Of a stretch of DNA of 64,000 nucleotides, positions 29,664 through 39,894 are shown one piece after another (positions within the stretch are counted from its first letter, which is position 1; each line of letters opens with the position of its first letter). The translations under genes and the position numbers were made by a program. The notes under the pieces were generated by a model that saw nothing but the letters and a program-made list of their open reading frames with translations, made no database searches and was not told the DNA's origin. Location of the stretch: contig CAXXFL010000006.1 of NCBI GenBank assembly GCA_963674965.2, positions 672,001 to 736,000 of the forward strand. Reading direction: 5' to 3'. This DNA comes from a bacterium (GTDB lineage: Bacteria; RBG-13-61-14; DATKZS01).

Positions 29664-31153
29664 AGATTCCTCCTCAGAATCCTGACGAACAGTCCCAGGG
29701 TATAGCCCGGTCTTTTCAACAGGAGGTCCACCACGGACTTCTTGAAAAACACCAGGGGATGGCGGAAAAAGGAACGCAGGTTATATTTCAGGAACTCCCT
29801 TCCGGCCATGCGCTCGAGGGTCCCCTTTGGAAAAATCCCCTCGTGATAGGCGCTCCTTGTAAAGGTCAGGTTCTCGAAGTTGAAGTCGCCCCGCAGCATC
29901 TTCATGTCCTTGGCCATCCTGTACATCTCCGTGCCCGGCAGGGGGTTGGCCACGAAGAAGTAGGCCATGTCGGTCCTCATCTCGTTGGCGAAACGGAAGG
30001 TCTGCTGCATCTGGTCCAGGGTCTCGCCGGGAAAGCCGAAGATGAAAAAGGCGTTGGTCCGGATGTCCTTGCTCTTGATGTATTTGGTTATCTTCCTCGC
30101 CTTTTTTAGGTTGAGAGGTTTTTTCACGATCCTGGAGAGGACCTCCTGGCAGCCGCTCTCGAAGGCCAGGGTCATCTCGTAGGCCCCCGCCTCGACGATC
30201 AGGTCGATAAGCTCCTCGTCCAGCGTCCACAGGGCCACGCCGTTGGGAAAATTGAACTTAACGTCAAAGCCCCGGTCGATGATGCCCTGGAAAATTTGCC
30301 GGGCCCTCTCCCGGTTGGCCGTGATGTTGTCGTCCTCGAACTGGATTTCCTTGATGCCCCACTTGGTCACCAGTTCCTCGATTTCGTCGAGCACGTTCTC
30401 GGGCGACCTGAACCTGTAGCGGTTGCCCCAAAACTTCGTGCTCGAGCAGTAGATGCAGTGGGCCGGACATCCCCTCGAGGTAATAAGAGGAGCGTTATAG
30501 CGGCTGGCGGCGCTGAAGCTGTGAGGTACGCCGATCCGGTTATAGGTTTCCATGGGTAGAAGGTCGCGGGCGGGAAAGGGTATCGAGTCGAGGTCCTCGA
30601 TGTATTTGGTCTTGGCGTTCACTATCACGTCGCCGTTGTCCTTGTAGGCGAGGCCGTCTATGTCCGATATGGGTTTCCCCTGGTTCACCCGCCGGATTAT
30701 ATCTTGCATGGTGGTCTCGCCCTCGCCCAGGGCGATAAGGTCGAGCGACGGCTCGCTCAGGCAGTACTCGGGCATGAAGGTGGGATAGGTCCCGCCCGTG
30801 ATGGTTATAATGTCCGGGTCGATCCGCTTGACCTCCTGACAAACCTCCCGCACCATGGGAAAAACCGAGCTGAAAAGACAGGACATGCCCACCACGTCGG
30901 GCTTGAAATACTCGATGCGCCTGCGGACGTCGGCCAGGGAGCTTCCGAACCGGATGAAGTTCTCATCCAGTATCTCTTCCCGGTTGAACCCCTCCGCCGC
31001 CGCGTCCATGATCTCCACCTCAACGTCGTCCCGGATGACCGAGGCGATGTAGGCCACGCCAAGGGGAGAGAACACCAGCTTCATCGTCTCCCGGTAAAGG
31101 CGCACGGGAGGAAACATCAAAAAGACCCGCTCGATTTTATCCTTTTTCAACAT
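29657..31153 (-). CDS. B12-binding-domain radical SAM enzyme
   Basis: PLGVAYIAS, GGTYPT, GEGE, TSRGCPAHCIYC, FEDDN, FESG, FGFPGET, PLPGT. Confidence 0.94.
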   Translation of the reverse strand: MLKKDKIERVFLMFPPVRLYRETMKLVFSPLGVAYIASVIRDDVEVEIMDAAAEGFNREEILDENFIRFGSSLADVRRRIEYFKPDVVGMSCLFSSVFPMVREVCQEVKRIDPDIITITGGTYPTFMPEYCLSEPSLDLIALGEGETTMQDIIRRVNQGKPISDIDGLAYKDNGDVIVNAKTKYIEDLDSIPFPARDLLPMETYNRIGVPHSFSAASRYNAPLITSRGCPAHCIYCSSTKFWGNRYRFRSPENVLDEIEELVTKWGIKEIQFEDDNITANRERARQIFQGIIDRGFDVKFNFPNGVALWTLDEELIDLIVEAGAYEMTLAFESGCQEVLSRIVKKPLNLKKARKITKYIKSKDIRTNAFFIFGFPGETLDQMQQTFRFANEMRTDMAYFFVANPLPGTEMYRMAKDMKMLRGDFNFENLTFTRSAYHEGIFPKGTLERMAGREFLKYNLRSFFRHPLVFFKKSVVDLLLKRPGYTLGLFVRILRRNLW

Positions 31154-31552
31154 GCCCGGAAATTACCCTTGACCAGTCAAAAGCGGTCAGGCGAAAATCG
31201 GTCCGTCGCCTTCCCTTTCCCCCGCTTTTGCATGGTCATTGCAATATAGCCCACTTTCCCTCCAATACAAAGTCAAAGCTCGATCGATCCTCGATTCACC
31301 CTTTCCCCCACGCGCTTCAATTCGCTGTTTTTTAACGGGATAAGATTTTCGACCTCATGGCCGCGTTCAATGTTCCCCATTAAAACCGGCCAAAGGACAA
31401 AAAACGTGCCCGGACTACCCGAGGTAAACCCTGAAGGTCATAAGCCGCTTCCCTTTTCGTTTTCCCTCGATGCAATCAAGCGTACCGACTTGTAAAGGCC
31501 TCCCGATTTTAGCATAATCGGCCCTATCCAGGATAAGGACGGAGGAAAAGAC

Positions 31553-33316
31553 ATGAAACGCCTTGCGACCGCTTTTTTTATGGCTTTATTGCTCATGATT
31601 TTCGGCTGCGCCAATATCGTGAGCCGCGTGGCCGACGTCGGCCGGCCCGAGTACCGCTTCAAGGTGGAGAAGAACGTGATGGTCCCCATGAGCGACGGGA
31701 CCATGCTGGCCACGGACGTTTATATACCCAAGGGCCTTGGCCGGGCCCCGGCCATCCTCATCCGCACGCCCTACAGCAAGGGCACGAAGGGCGACCTGGC
31801 GCCGCTTAACCTGATCGTCACCCGCCTGTTCGCGGGCCAGGGTTACATAGTGGTGATCCAGGACTGCCGCGGCCGTTTCGACTCGGAGGGCGAATTCTAC
31901 TCGTTCCTGAACGAGGAACAAGACGGACACGACGCGGTCGCCTGGGTCTTGGCCCAGCCCTGGTCCAACGGCATGGTGGCCACGTGGGGCCCTTCCTACC
32001 TGGGTTACACGCAATGGGCCGCAGGATACGACTCTCCCCACCTGGACGCCATGGTACCAATGGTCACCACCGCCGATATGACCAGCGTCCTCTTCGAGGG
32101 CGGCGCGATCAATTACCAGAACATGCTGGGATGGAGCACCACCAACGTGGGTAAGGGGCAGAATAAGTATTCGGCCCGCCGGCTGGAAAAGTCTTACTGG
32201 ACCCTGCCCATCCTCGAGGCCGACGACGCGCTGTTGGGAAAGACCGTCCAATTCTACGACGACATAGTCACCCGCCGCGTCCTGGACATATTGGCGATCA
32301 CCTCCTATGACGACAAGTTCCAGCGCGTGAGCGCTCCGGTCCTTTCCATCGCCGGCTGGTACGACCTCTTCGCCAAGTACCAGATCGAGGATTTCCAGCG
32401 CCTTAAAGCCGAAGGCCAAAGCCCCGCGCGCAAGATGAGCAAAATAATCGTGGGGCCGTGGGGTCACGGCTTTTTCCAGAATCCTCCGGTCAAGTTTCCC
32501 GACGGCGGCATTATCAAGCTGGGTCAGCTTGGCAGGACGCTGGACTTTTACGGACAGCTTATGAAGGGGGAGGACAACGGAGTCGAGTCCTGGCCCGATT
32601 ATACGATCTTCGTGATGGGCAGGAACGAGTGGATAGGACTTGAACAGTGGCCCCCCCCCGAGGTGAGCGTCAGGCCCATGTATCTTGTTTCCTCCGGCCA
32701 CGCCAACTCCTCGAGGGGGGACGGCTCCCTGTCCTGGGAGGACCCGTCTGAAGAAGCGGATGAGGACTACTATATCTACGATCCCCAGGACCCCGTTCCC
32801 ACGGCCGGCGGTCCTCTCCTGGGAGCCGACCTGGGACCCAAAAAACAAAATAAAATCGAGGAGAGGGCCGACGTGCTGGTCTATACCAGCGAGGAGATGA
32901 CGTCGCCCCTGACCATCATCGGGCCCGTCTCGGTCACCCTCTACGCCTCGTCCGACGCCGTGGACACGGACTTTACGGCCAAGCTGTGCGACGTTTATCC
33001 GGACGGGACCTCCATTAACCTGACCGACGGCATTATAAGGGCGCGTTTCCGGGACGGCGACCTTAAAAAGCCGGAGCTTATCGAGCCGGGCAAGACCTAT
33101 GAATACGAGATCGACCTTTGGAACACGGCCCATGCCTTCATGCCGGGCCACAAGGCGCGGCTCCAGATAAGCTCGTCCAATTTCCCAAGGTTCGACAGGA
33201 ACTTAAACACGGGCGAAGACGTCGCGAGCGGCTCTTCCATGGAGGAGGCGGGACAGACCATATTCCACGACGCCGAGCGGCCCTCACGGATCAATCTCCC
33301 CGTCGTTCCCGAATAG
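31553..33316 (+). CDS. CocE/NonD-family hydrolase (peptidase S15-like) lipoprotein
   Basis: MSDGTMLATDVY, RTPY, QDCRGRFDSEG, GPSYLG nucleophile, GPWGH, SSSNFPRFDRN; IFGC lipobox. Confidence 0.93.
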   Translation: MKRLATAFFMALLLMIFGCANIVSRVADVGRPEYRFKVEKNVMVPMSDGTMLATDVYIPKGLGRAPAILIRTPYSKGTKGDLAPLNLIVTRLFAGQGYIVVIQDCRGRFDSEGEFYSFLNEEQDGHDAVAWVLAQPWSNGMVATWGPSYLGYTQWAAGYDSPHLDAMVPMVTTADMTSVLFEGGAINYQNMLGWSTTNVGKGQNKYSARRLEKSYWTLPILEADDALLGKTVQFYDDIVTRRVLDILAITSYDDKFQRVSAPVLSIAGWYDLFAKYQIEDFQRLKAEGQSPARKMSKIIVGPWGHGFFQNPPVKFPDGGIIKLGQLGRTLDFYGQLMKGEDNGVESWPDYTIFVMGRNEWIGLEQWPPPEVSVRPMYLVSSGHANSSRGDGSLSWEDPSEEADEDYYIYDPQDPVPTAGGPLLGADLGPKKQNKIEERADVLVYTSEEMTSPLTIIGPVSVTLYASSDAVDTDFTAKLCDVYPDGTSINLTDGIIRARFRDGDLKKPELIEPGKTYEYEIDLWNTAHAFMPGHKARLQISSSNFPRFDRNLNTGEDVASGSSMEEAGQTIFHDAERPSRINLPVVPE

Positions 33317-33322
33317 AGGGCC

Positions 33323-34390
33323 CTACCTTTCCGCCGGGGGCACGCGCTTTCCGCCCGTGATCTCGTAGGCCCTCAGCATGGCGGCGATGGCGGCCCTCGA
33401 GTCGTTCTCGAGCCAGTATTCGGGCGTCTTGGGGTTGAACGACCAGAACAGATCGTCGCACTGGCAGTCCTTTTTATTGTCCCTGGCCGTGGATATCTCG
33501 ACGTCCATGGCCAGAATCCCGTATTGGGCGTAGGCCCAGTCCTCGAGTTCTCCCGTGTAGGTGTCGAAGACCCGACTCTGGAGGCGGGGGTATTTCCGGT
33601 GCGCCTGGTTCTGGCGGAAGGCTTTACAGACCTCGCTGTATCTTCTCATGCACGCCCGGCTGGGGCAGTGGGGAGGAAACAGGACCGCCGCCATCGAGTG
33701 CCAGGAAACGCCGGCGAAGATTTCCTCCCGCTCGGCGAAGAAATTATCCAGCGCCGCGTTCTCCGGCTCGGACAGGGGCTCGGGCCCGCGATAATGCACG
33801 GAGTCGGGATCGGGGCTTCCGGCCCAGTCGATGGGAACGCTCACCTTGCCGGGGATGGGCCAGTTGCGGTTCAGGTCCACCCCGTTATGGTTCTTGCGGC
33901 AGTATTTCCACTGCTCGTCGTCCCCGCTGGAGGACATGCCCATGGTGGCCACCTCTCCCGCGCCTCCCGGGTTGTCCCAGGTCTTCTGATATCCGTCCGG
34001 GTTAATGCACGGAGTGACGTAAAAGTCCATCTTGTCCATGGCCTCGGTGACGAGGGGATCGGGACCGTCATCCTCCAGCAGCATCCTCGAGATATTCATC
34101 ACCATGCGGTTACCTATCCACTCGTTCCCGTGGATATTGGCCCCCATCCAGGCGGCGGGCTTTTTTTCCTGCCCCGCCCGGTGAATCCTGAAGCCGGTCA
34201 GGGGCCTGCCCTGGACGCTCTCGCCGTACTGGAAGACTTCCACGCGTCCGGGGAATTCCCGGGCCAGGTCATGGACCTCGCGTTCCCTGTCCTCGGGCGA
34301 GGGGTAAGGATAAAGGGGGTTGTCCAGGCTCGACGATGAAACCGCGCCCAGCAAAAAAACAAGCGCCGCCAGAAAGAGGACCTTTTTCAT
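33323..34390 (-). CDS. M14 zinc carboxypeptidase, exported
   Basis: IHGNE, NPDG, RKNHNGVDLNRNW, GPEPLSEPE, SWHS. Confidence 0.92.
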   Translation of the reverse strand: MKKVLFLAALVFLLGAVSSSSLDNPLYPYPSPEDREREVHDLAREFPGRVEVFQYGESVQGRPLTGFRIHRAGQEKKPAAWMGANIHGNEWIGNRMVMNISRMLLEDDGPDPLVTEAMDKMDFYVTPCINPDGYQKTWDNPGGAGEVATMGMSSSGDDEQWKYCRKNHNGVDLNRNWPIPGKVSVPIDWAGSPDPDSVHYRGPEPLSEPENAALDNFFAEREEIFAGVSWHSMAAVLFPPHCPSRACMRRYSEVCKAFRQNQAHRKYPRLQSRVFDTYTGELEDWAYAQYGILAMDVEISTARDNKKDCQCDDLFWSFNPKTPEYWLENDSRAAIAAMLRAYEITGGKRVPPAER

Positions 34391-34405
34391 TTATTGCCTT
34401 CCAAT

Positions 34406-34430
34406 AAAAAAGGCGAGCCTTGCCCGCCCC
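34406..34430 (-). terminator. rho-independent terminator after ssb
   Basis: Minus strand GGCGGGC-AAG-GCTCGCC followed by T6. Confidence 0.7.
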
Positions 34431-34463
34431 GTATAAATCACCGTGTAACGGACCGTCCCGCGA

Positions 34464-34886
34464 TTAAAAGGGCACGTCGTCGTCCGCGGGTCCGGAGGAA
34501 GGTGGCTCGTAATCGTCGGCTCCCGAGTACCCTCCCCCGCCGCCGTCGCCTTTTCCGCCCAGCATGACCATCTCCTGGCCCACGATCTCCGTGGTGTAAC
34601 GCTTGTTGCCGTCCTTGTCCGTCCACTCCCGGGTCTGGATTCTGCCCTCGATATAGACCTGCTTTCCCTTGCTCAGCCATTGTCCGGCTATCTCGGCCAG
34701 CTTGCCAAAGAACACGACCTTGTGCCACTCGGTCCTTTCCTGCATCTCGCCGTCGCGGCCCTTGAATTTCTCCGACGTGGCCACCGTAAAGTTGGCCACC
34801 GCCTGTCCGCTCTGCATGTATCTGACCTCCGGGTCCCTTCCCAGATGTCCTATTATCATAGCCTTGTTCAAACCTCTGCCGGCCAT
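34464..34886 (-). CDS. ssb: single-stranded DNA-binding protein
   Basis: [34 protein letters not shown]-terminal DDDVPF. Confidence 0.98.
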   Translation of the reverse strand: MAGRGLNKAMIIGHLGRDPEVRYMQSGQAVANFTVATSEKFKGRDGEMQERTEWHKVVFFGKLAEIAGQWLSKGKQVYIEGRIQTREWTDKDGNKRYTTEIVGQEMVMLGGKGDGGGGGYSGADDYEPPSSGPADDDVPF

Positions 34887-35168
34887 ATTCTTTCCTCCTT
34901 CCCGGCGGGGATATGCTTCCCCTTTCATCCCGACTTTATCACGCGTTCTCCGAGCCGCGCAAGTCCGGCGGGAAAAGGGATCAAGGCGAGGGCGAGTGGC
35001 CCAAGATAGCCAAGGACCCGGTCTTGGCCGTACCCCGGGCCCGGCTTGTGCCTTCATGCTTCGCGGCCTTCATTATGTTCCCGGCTTATCTCTTGAAAAC
35101 TTTTATGGAGCAAGCGGCGTTTCACGTATCGGGTAAAGACCTTGTAATGGAACTTCCCGGGTTTTTCC

Positions 35169-35804
35169 TTATTTCTTGACCGCCAGCGTGTAGAACCCAT
35201 CCTGGAGGCGCGGCATCTTGAGTACCTGGAAGCCGAAGGCCTGGAGCATCCTGAGGTTGTCGGCGGGCGACGGAATGGAATGATTTTTCAGTGCCTCGGG
35301 CAGGTAGTTGTCCTCGAGGATTTCCTCCAGGTCCTCCGACTGCACTATGGCCAGCCTGCCGCCGGGCACGAGAACCCGGGCCATTTCGAGAAGGGCCCGG
35401 GGTGGGCAATCGAAAAGGTGGAAGCAATTGAAGCAGACCGCCGCGTCCATGCAGTCGTCCTCGAGGGGGACCTTTGAGGCGGAGCATACGTGATAGACCG
35501 CGTTGGGAAGCGGCCTTTCAACTCGAGATCTCTCAATCATGGCCGGGGAAAGGTCAAAGGAAAAGACGAAGCCTTCCCTTCCCGCGGCGCGGCTCAACTC
35601 GGTCGTCAGACGCCCGGCCCCGCAACCTGGTTCCAGCACGTAGCTTCCAGGGCCAATTTCCAATTCCCCTATCGTTTTATTTACGATATCTCTTTCGCGC
35701 TGGGTGAACTGGGCCCACTGGCTCATGCCGGATATGCTCTCGAAGAAGCTTCTCGTAACGTTTTCACCGCGTTTATATGGTGGTTCTTGTTGAACCAGGT
35801 TCAT
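35169..35804 (-). CDS. class I SAM-dependent methyltransferase
   Basis: VLEPGCGAG, DLSPAM, EMARVLVPGG; start 35804 or 35834. Confidence 0.88.
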   Translation of the reverse strand: MNLVQQEPPYKRGENVTRSFFESISGMSQWAQFTQRERDIVNKTIGELEIGPGSYVLEPGCGAGRLTTELSRAAGREGFVFSFDLSPAMIERSRVERPLPNAVYHVCSASKVPLEDDCMDAAVCFNCFHLFDCPPRALLEMARVLVPGGRLAIVQSEDLEEILEDNYLPEALKNHSIPSPADNLRMLQAFGFQVLKMPRLQDGFYTLAVKK

Positions 35805-35976
35805 TTTTTCTTCTCCCGGTGGCGTAATATACATGGATCGGCTGTTTCATCAGCCGGGCTTCGTGTTACTTTTATATTTATTGTGACATCTAAAGGACGA
35901 CGTGTCAACCACAAAAAGCAAGAAAAAGGAAAAGGCCGAAAAAAGGGACGGACTTACGTCCATGAAAATTGCGTTA

Positions 35977-36005
35977 TTGACACCCAGCCGGCTAGGTATT
36001 ATCCT
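35977..36005 (+). promoter_or_regulatory. sigma70 promoter, probably giving a leaderless transcript
   Basis: TTGACA(35977)-N17-TATCCT(36000), 6 nt before ATG 36012. Confidence 0.65.
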
Positions 36006-36011
36006 TCCCCC

Positions 36012-36458
36012 ATGTCTTTGAATCGAAGAGGCGCGATTATCCTGGCGCCGAGGATCATGTTCTTCGGCGCTCTTTTCTTCCTCCTCCTTTTCTCGGTAGG
36101 GGGCTGGTACATGGGAAAGCGCATGGCGGGAGTGACGGTCGAGGCCGAACTCACGCCCATACTAAAGTACGCGCTCCTGGGACTTGGTTTTTTCGAGGCG
36201 GGCCTGGCCCTCGCTCTCAGGAAACTCTACCTTCGCGATGGGAAACAAGAGGTGAACCTGGCCGAGCGCTACCTGGTGGCGCACGCGGCCCCCATTATAA
36301 TCTGCGCGTCCATCGGGGTTTATGGCATGATGATAGGCGCGCTCTACGGGGAGATGGCCTACGTCATCGGGCTCAACCTTTTGGCCGCCCTCTCGATGGC
36401 CCCCCATTTTCCCCGCGCCGACGCGCTTGACGAGTTGATCGCCAGAAAAACAAAATAG
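36012..36458 (+). CDS. hypothetical 4-TM membrane protein
   Basis: C-terminal 148 aa of ORF 35490..36458, with four hydrophobic segments and a promoter directly upstream. Confidence 0.75.
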   Translation: MSLNRRGAIILAPRIMFFGALFFLLLFSVGGWYMGKRMAGVTVEAELTPILKYALLGLGFFEAGLALALRKLYLRDGKQEVNLAERYLVAHAAPIIICASIGVYGMMIGALYGEMAYVIGLNLLAALSMAPHFPRADALDELIARKTK

Positions 36459-36459
36459 A

Positions 36460-36484
36460 AAGCCCACGCGTGGAGCATGGGCTT
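36460..36484 (-). terminator. terminator hairpin between convergent genes
   Basis: AAGCCCA...TGGGCTT stem followed by a T-rich tract on the minus strand. Confidence 0.6.
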
Positions 36485-36512
36485 GGTCTCGTAAGTTGCG
36501 GCTAAATAAATA

Positions 36513-36974
36513 TCAGCCGGCTTTTCCCAGGATCATCTGTTGAATCTGGGGCGAGAGTGAACGTACCCGGTCGGAGAGCGTCCGATATATTCCGATGACT
36601 ATCTTTACGGCCACCTTGGGTGATTCCTCCATTAGTTTCTCGAACTGAGAGCGCTTGATCACCAGTACGTGAGAATCCTGCACGGCGATGGCCGACACGG
36701 AGCGGGGGCCGTCCTCGATGAGGGCCATCTCTCCGAAGAAGTCGCCCGCGCCCATGGTGGTCAGGGTTTTCTCCTCTCCCTCGGAGAGCATTTTCGAGAG
36801 ACGTATGCCGCCGCTTATCACCACGTACATGGACTCGCCCTTCATGTTCTCAAGAAACAGGGGCGTGGCGGCATTGAGGTTCTTCTCGTCCACAAAGTTG
36901 GCAAGGGACGCTATCTCATTGTCCGAGAAATCCTTAAAAAGAACGCTTTCCTTTAACGCGCTTACTTTGGCCAC
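36513..36974 (-). CDS. stand-alone cyclic nucleotide-binding domain protein
   Basis: GDFFGEMALIEDGPRSVSA phosphate-binding cassette; no HTH. Confidence 0.92.
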   Translation of the reverse strand: MAKVSALKESVLFKDFSDNEIASLANFVDEKNLNAATPLFLENMKGESMYVVISGGIRLSKMLSEGEEKTLTTMGAGDFFGEMALIEDGPRSVSAIAVQDSHVLVIKRSQFEKLMEESPKVAVKIVIGIYRTLSDRVRSLSPQIQQMILGKAG

Positions 36975-37190
36975 TTTTCTTCCTCCTCACGACGTTCAGC
37001 TTATCGCGATTCAACTTCGGTAACGGCGGACCTGATATTATTTTGATCCCAGCGTCTATTTTACCGTCAAACATGGTATAAACGCAAGCAAAAAAGGAAA
37101 TTTTTTTAACGGCCCGGCCGATAAAAACATAATCCGTTAAAACAAAAGACGAGAGTCGGCGCTGAATATTCCAACTTGATCCAGGAAATT

Positions 37191-39302
37191 TTATGGCTTG
37201 GCGTTCCAGCCGTCCGATCGTCGGTAATTGATTTTATAAAGCTCGAGTCCCGCGCTCCAGTGTATTTTCTCTCCCTTTGCCGCGAGGAAATGGTCGATCT
37301 TTTCCGTCGCTTCATCGAGGTCCTTTAGCGCCGCGCTCTCTTTTCCCAGCATCCTCGCGTAGTATCCCAGGTTGGGCCGATGGACGAGAGCGTGAGTGAT
37401 TCCGCGCGACTTGAACCACTGGGTCAACTCGGCCTGGTCCTTGGCGCGGGCCACGTCGTACAGGGTCATGTCATATATCTCCGGGTGATGGATGATGGAG
37501 TCGCGCTGGGTATAGTATATCTTGGCCTCGAACCAGTTAAGTATCACCGCGTCTCGTGGAAGCTCCTTGCTAATGAACCCGTCCATCTTGTAAAAAGGCA
37601 GCCGCTTGTCCAAATAGGCGTCCCTTTTGAGGGTCCCCGAGAAATAAAGCAGGGAATCGGAGAACTTGGGCAAAACGGAAACGGGCGCGAGAAGGCAGGG
37701 AACGACCATGATCGATACCAGCGCCGCCTTGATACTAAAGGCCCTCGGTCCCTTTTCATCCGCTTTCCCCCCCAGGACAAAAGCCGGTCCCAGGGCCGTG
37801 GCCAGGGCGAACCCGGGCGAGAAGTACCTCATGAACTGGTGGCCCAGCGACCATAGCCAGGCCCCGGCCAGCAGGCAAAGCCCCAGACGCCGGCCCTCGG
37901 GGCTTCTCAGCATGGCGGGTATTCCAGCGATGAGCAACGCCGCCAGTCCCGGATGCAGAGCGCCGTAAAAGTGAGGATGAAACTGCTTGCCGTGAACGAA
38001 AAGGTTCCAGGGCGCCAGGAGATAGTCATGGAAATTCCTTCCCATGCCCACCAGTTTGTAGCTCCCCTCCAGGCTGACTCCAAGGACATACGCCTCGGGC
38101 GAGTTCGGAAAAAGCTCGGCCGTTATGAAAGGATAAAGAGGGTCGCCCGTCCAGACCAGGGACCGGACGATCCAAGGGCATACGGCGGCAAATAAAAACG
38201 CGCCGCCCAGGGCGAGGTCGGAAGGAAACTTTTGGGGACGGGCCCTCCAGACGTCCGCCGAGGCGATGATCGTCAGCGGAGCCGCCAGGTAAAGGGCCGT
38301 CATCTTGGCGGAAAAACAAAGGCCCAGGAGGAAAAAGAAAACCGGCGACAACCTTCGGCTCGCGTCCTTCCTCCAGTCCAGGTAAACGTCAACGGCGCCA
38401 AGGAAGAAAAGAGCCGGAAAAAAGTCGATATAGGCTACACCCGCGATAAAGCCCACCAGAGGATGGCCGAAGAAAATGGCGGCGGCCAGCCAGGCCGAAG
38501 TTTTCCCGCCAATCCTTTCCGCCAGTCGATACACCTGGGCCGCGCAAAGAACGCAGGCGAAAAGGTGGAGGAGCTTGGCCGAGACGTCCGATCCCATGGC
38601 CATGGCGAGAGAGTAGAGCATGTGCGCGCCAAGGGTATTGTAGCTCATGGCGTTGTAAGGAAGCTCATGGATTTGTCCGCGCCGAAGATACGCCGCGGGA
38701 AGGGCCAGATGATAGATAAGCTCGTCAAGCTCGGTGGGAGGAGAAAAGGCGTTCACCACCCCAGGCAAGATACAGTATAGACAGACCAGGAAAAGCGGCA
38801 AAAAGACGGCGGCCGACCCGAGCGTGATCGATCGCTTTACTTTTTTCATCGCCCCGTCCCTGTCCGTATACAAACGATATACGGCCGCAACCAGGGAAAG
38901 GACCAGTATGGCGGCGAGGGGCCATTTCCTGAAAAGTCCGGCAAAGCCCGCCAGGGAAACGACAAGGCCGATGACGCCGAAGCCGATGGCAATGACGGTG
39001 GCCGCGGCCGGTCCTTCCCCCTCCCCTACCCTTCCCACGTCATGGAGAAGATTCATGCGCCCGGCCAGGATAAGACAGGATTTACCCACGCCCCACCCCG
39101 CGAAAACGATGGCCAAGGCCAGGCCGGCGGACAGGCAATGGCCGGCGAGGGCCGAGAGGTCCCACTGGCTCGATTCGCTAAGGGCCCATTCAAGGGAGCG
39201 CCAGGCCCTCTCGAGCCATAAGTCGCGCTCCGAGTAATGGACGTAATAAATAATAGGAGCGAGACAAATAGCGGCCGCGGGAGCAAGGAGCGCCTTCTTC
39301 AT
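37191..39302 (-). CDS. large polytopic membrane protein, putative GT-C glycosyltransferase
   Basis: PPTELDELIYHLALP loop, AYIDF, K motif, WTGDPLYPF, QFMRY; many TM helices. Confidence 0.7.
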   Translation of the reverse strand: MKKALLAPAAAICLAPIIYYVHYSERDLWLERAWRSLEWALSESSQWDLSALAGHCLSAGLALAIVFAGWGVGKSCLILAGRMNLLHDVGRVGEGEGPAAATVIAIGFGVIGLVVSLAGFAGLFRKWPLAAILVLSLVAAVYRLYTDRDGAMKKVKRSITLGSAAVFLPLFLVCLYCILPGVVNAFSPPTELDELIYHLALPAAYLRRGQIHELPYNAMSYNTLGAHMLYSLAMAMGSDVSAKLLHLFACVLCAAQVYRLAERIGGKTSAWLAAAIFFGHPLVGFIAGVAYIDFFPALFFLGAVDVYLDWRKDASRRLSPVFFFLLGLCFSAKMTALYLAAPLTIIASADVWRARPQKFPSDLALGGAFLFAAVCPWIVRSLVWTGDPLYPFITAELFPNSPEAYVLGVSLEGSYKLVGMGRNFHDYLLAPWNLFVHGKQFHPHFYGALHPGLAALLIAGIPAMLRSPEGRRLGLCLLAGAWLWSLGHQFMRYFSPGFALATALGPAFVLGGKADEKGPRAFSIKAALVSIMVVPCLLAPVSVLPKFSDSLLYFSGTLKRDAYLDKRLPFYKMDGFISKELPRDAVILNWFEAKIYYTQRDSIIHHPEIYDMTLYDVARAKDQAELTQWFKSRGITHALVHRPNLGYYARMLGKESAALKDLDEATEKIDHFLAAKGEKIHWSAGLELYKINYRRSDGWNAKP

Positions 39303-39420
39303 GTCCTCAAGATTACCCGCGCCACGTCCGTATGGCAAGGACGGGCCCTGGATTGACGGCCTACGGGCCGGATGTTAGTGTAGAGCGCGTGGTTTAACGG
39401 CAGTTACAAAAGGAACGGGC

Positions 39421-39894
39421 ATGGAGATAGATTATCTTATAGACGACGAGACGCTGATATCGACCATCGCCGGATGGATTTACGATGAATGGGGCAAGTT
39501 CTCTCCCAGCCGGACCCTGGCCACGGCCCATGAAAAGGTCCGGCAGACGGTGGGCAGGACGGCCATCCCCCTGACCCTGGTCTGCAAGGTGGAGGGGAAG
39601 CCGGCCGGGACCGCGAGTATTGACGTGGCCGACATGAGCACTCACCTGGAGCTTGGTCCCTGGATGGCCAGCGTTTACGTTGTTCCCTCGATGCGGCGCC
39701 GCGGCATCGGCGCGGCCCTTTGCCGGAAAATCAAGGAGGAACTGAAAAAGCAGGGCGTTGAGAGGGCCTACCTTTTTACTCCCGACCAGGAAAAGCTTTA
39801 CGCCCGTCTCGGCTGGAAGCCCATACTCAGTGAAGACTACCGGGGAGAGCCGGTGGTCGTCATGCGGCTTGACCTTGACTTAGGCCTCGAATGA
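39421..39894 (+). CDS. GNAT acetyltransferase
   Basis: PWMASVYVVPSMRRRGIG, LYARLGW. Confidence 0.92.
   Translation: MEIDYLIDDETLISTIAGWIYDEWGKFSPSRTLATAHEKVRQTVGRTAIPLTLVCKVEGKPAGTASIDVADMSTHLELGPWMASVYVVPSMRRRGIGAALCRKIKEELKKQGVERAYLFTPDQEKLYARLGWKPILSEDYRGEPVVVMRLDLDLGLE

Noticed and set aside
24606-31153. Assigning the B12-radical SAMs as bchE, hpnP or hpnJ
   Set aside because: No photosynthesis or hopanoid (shc) genes are in context, and the motifs are shared across the superfamily
35109-35126. sigma54-like promoter on the minus strand upstream of ssb
   Set aside because: TTGC is present but the -24 element reads GAAAC, lacking the invariant GG
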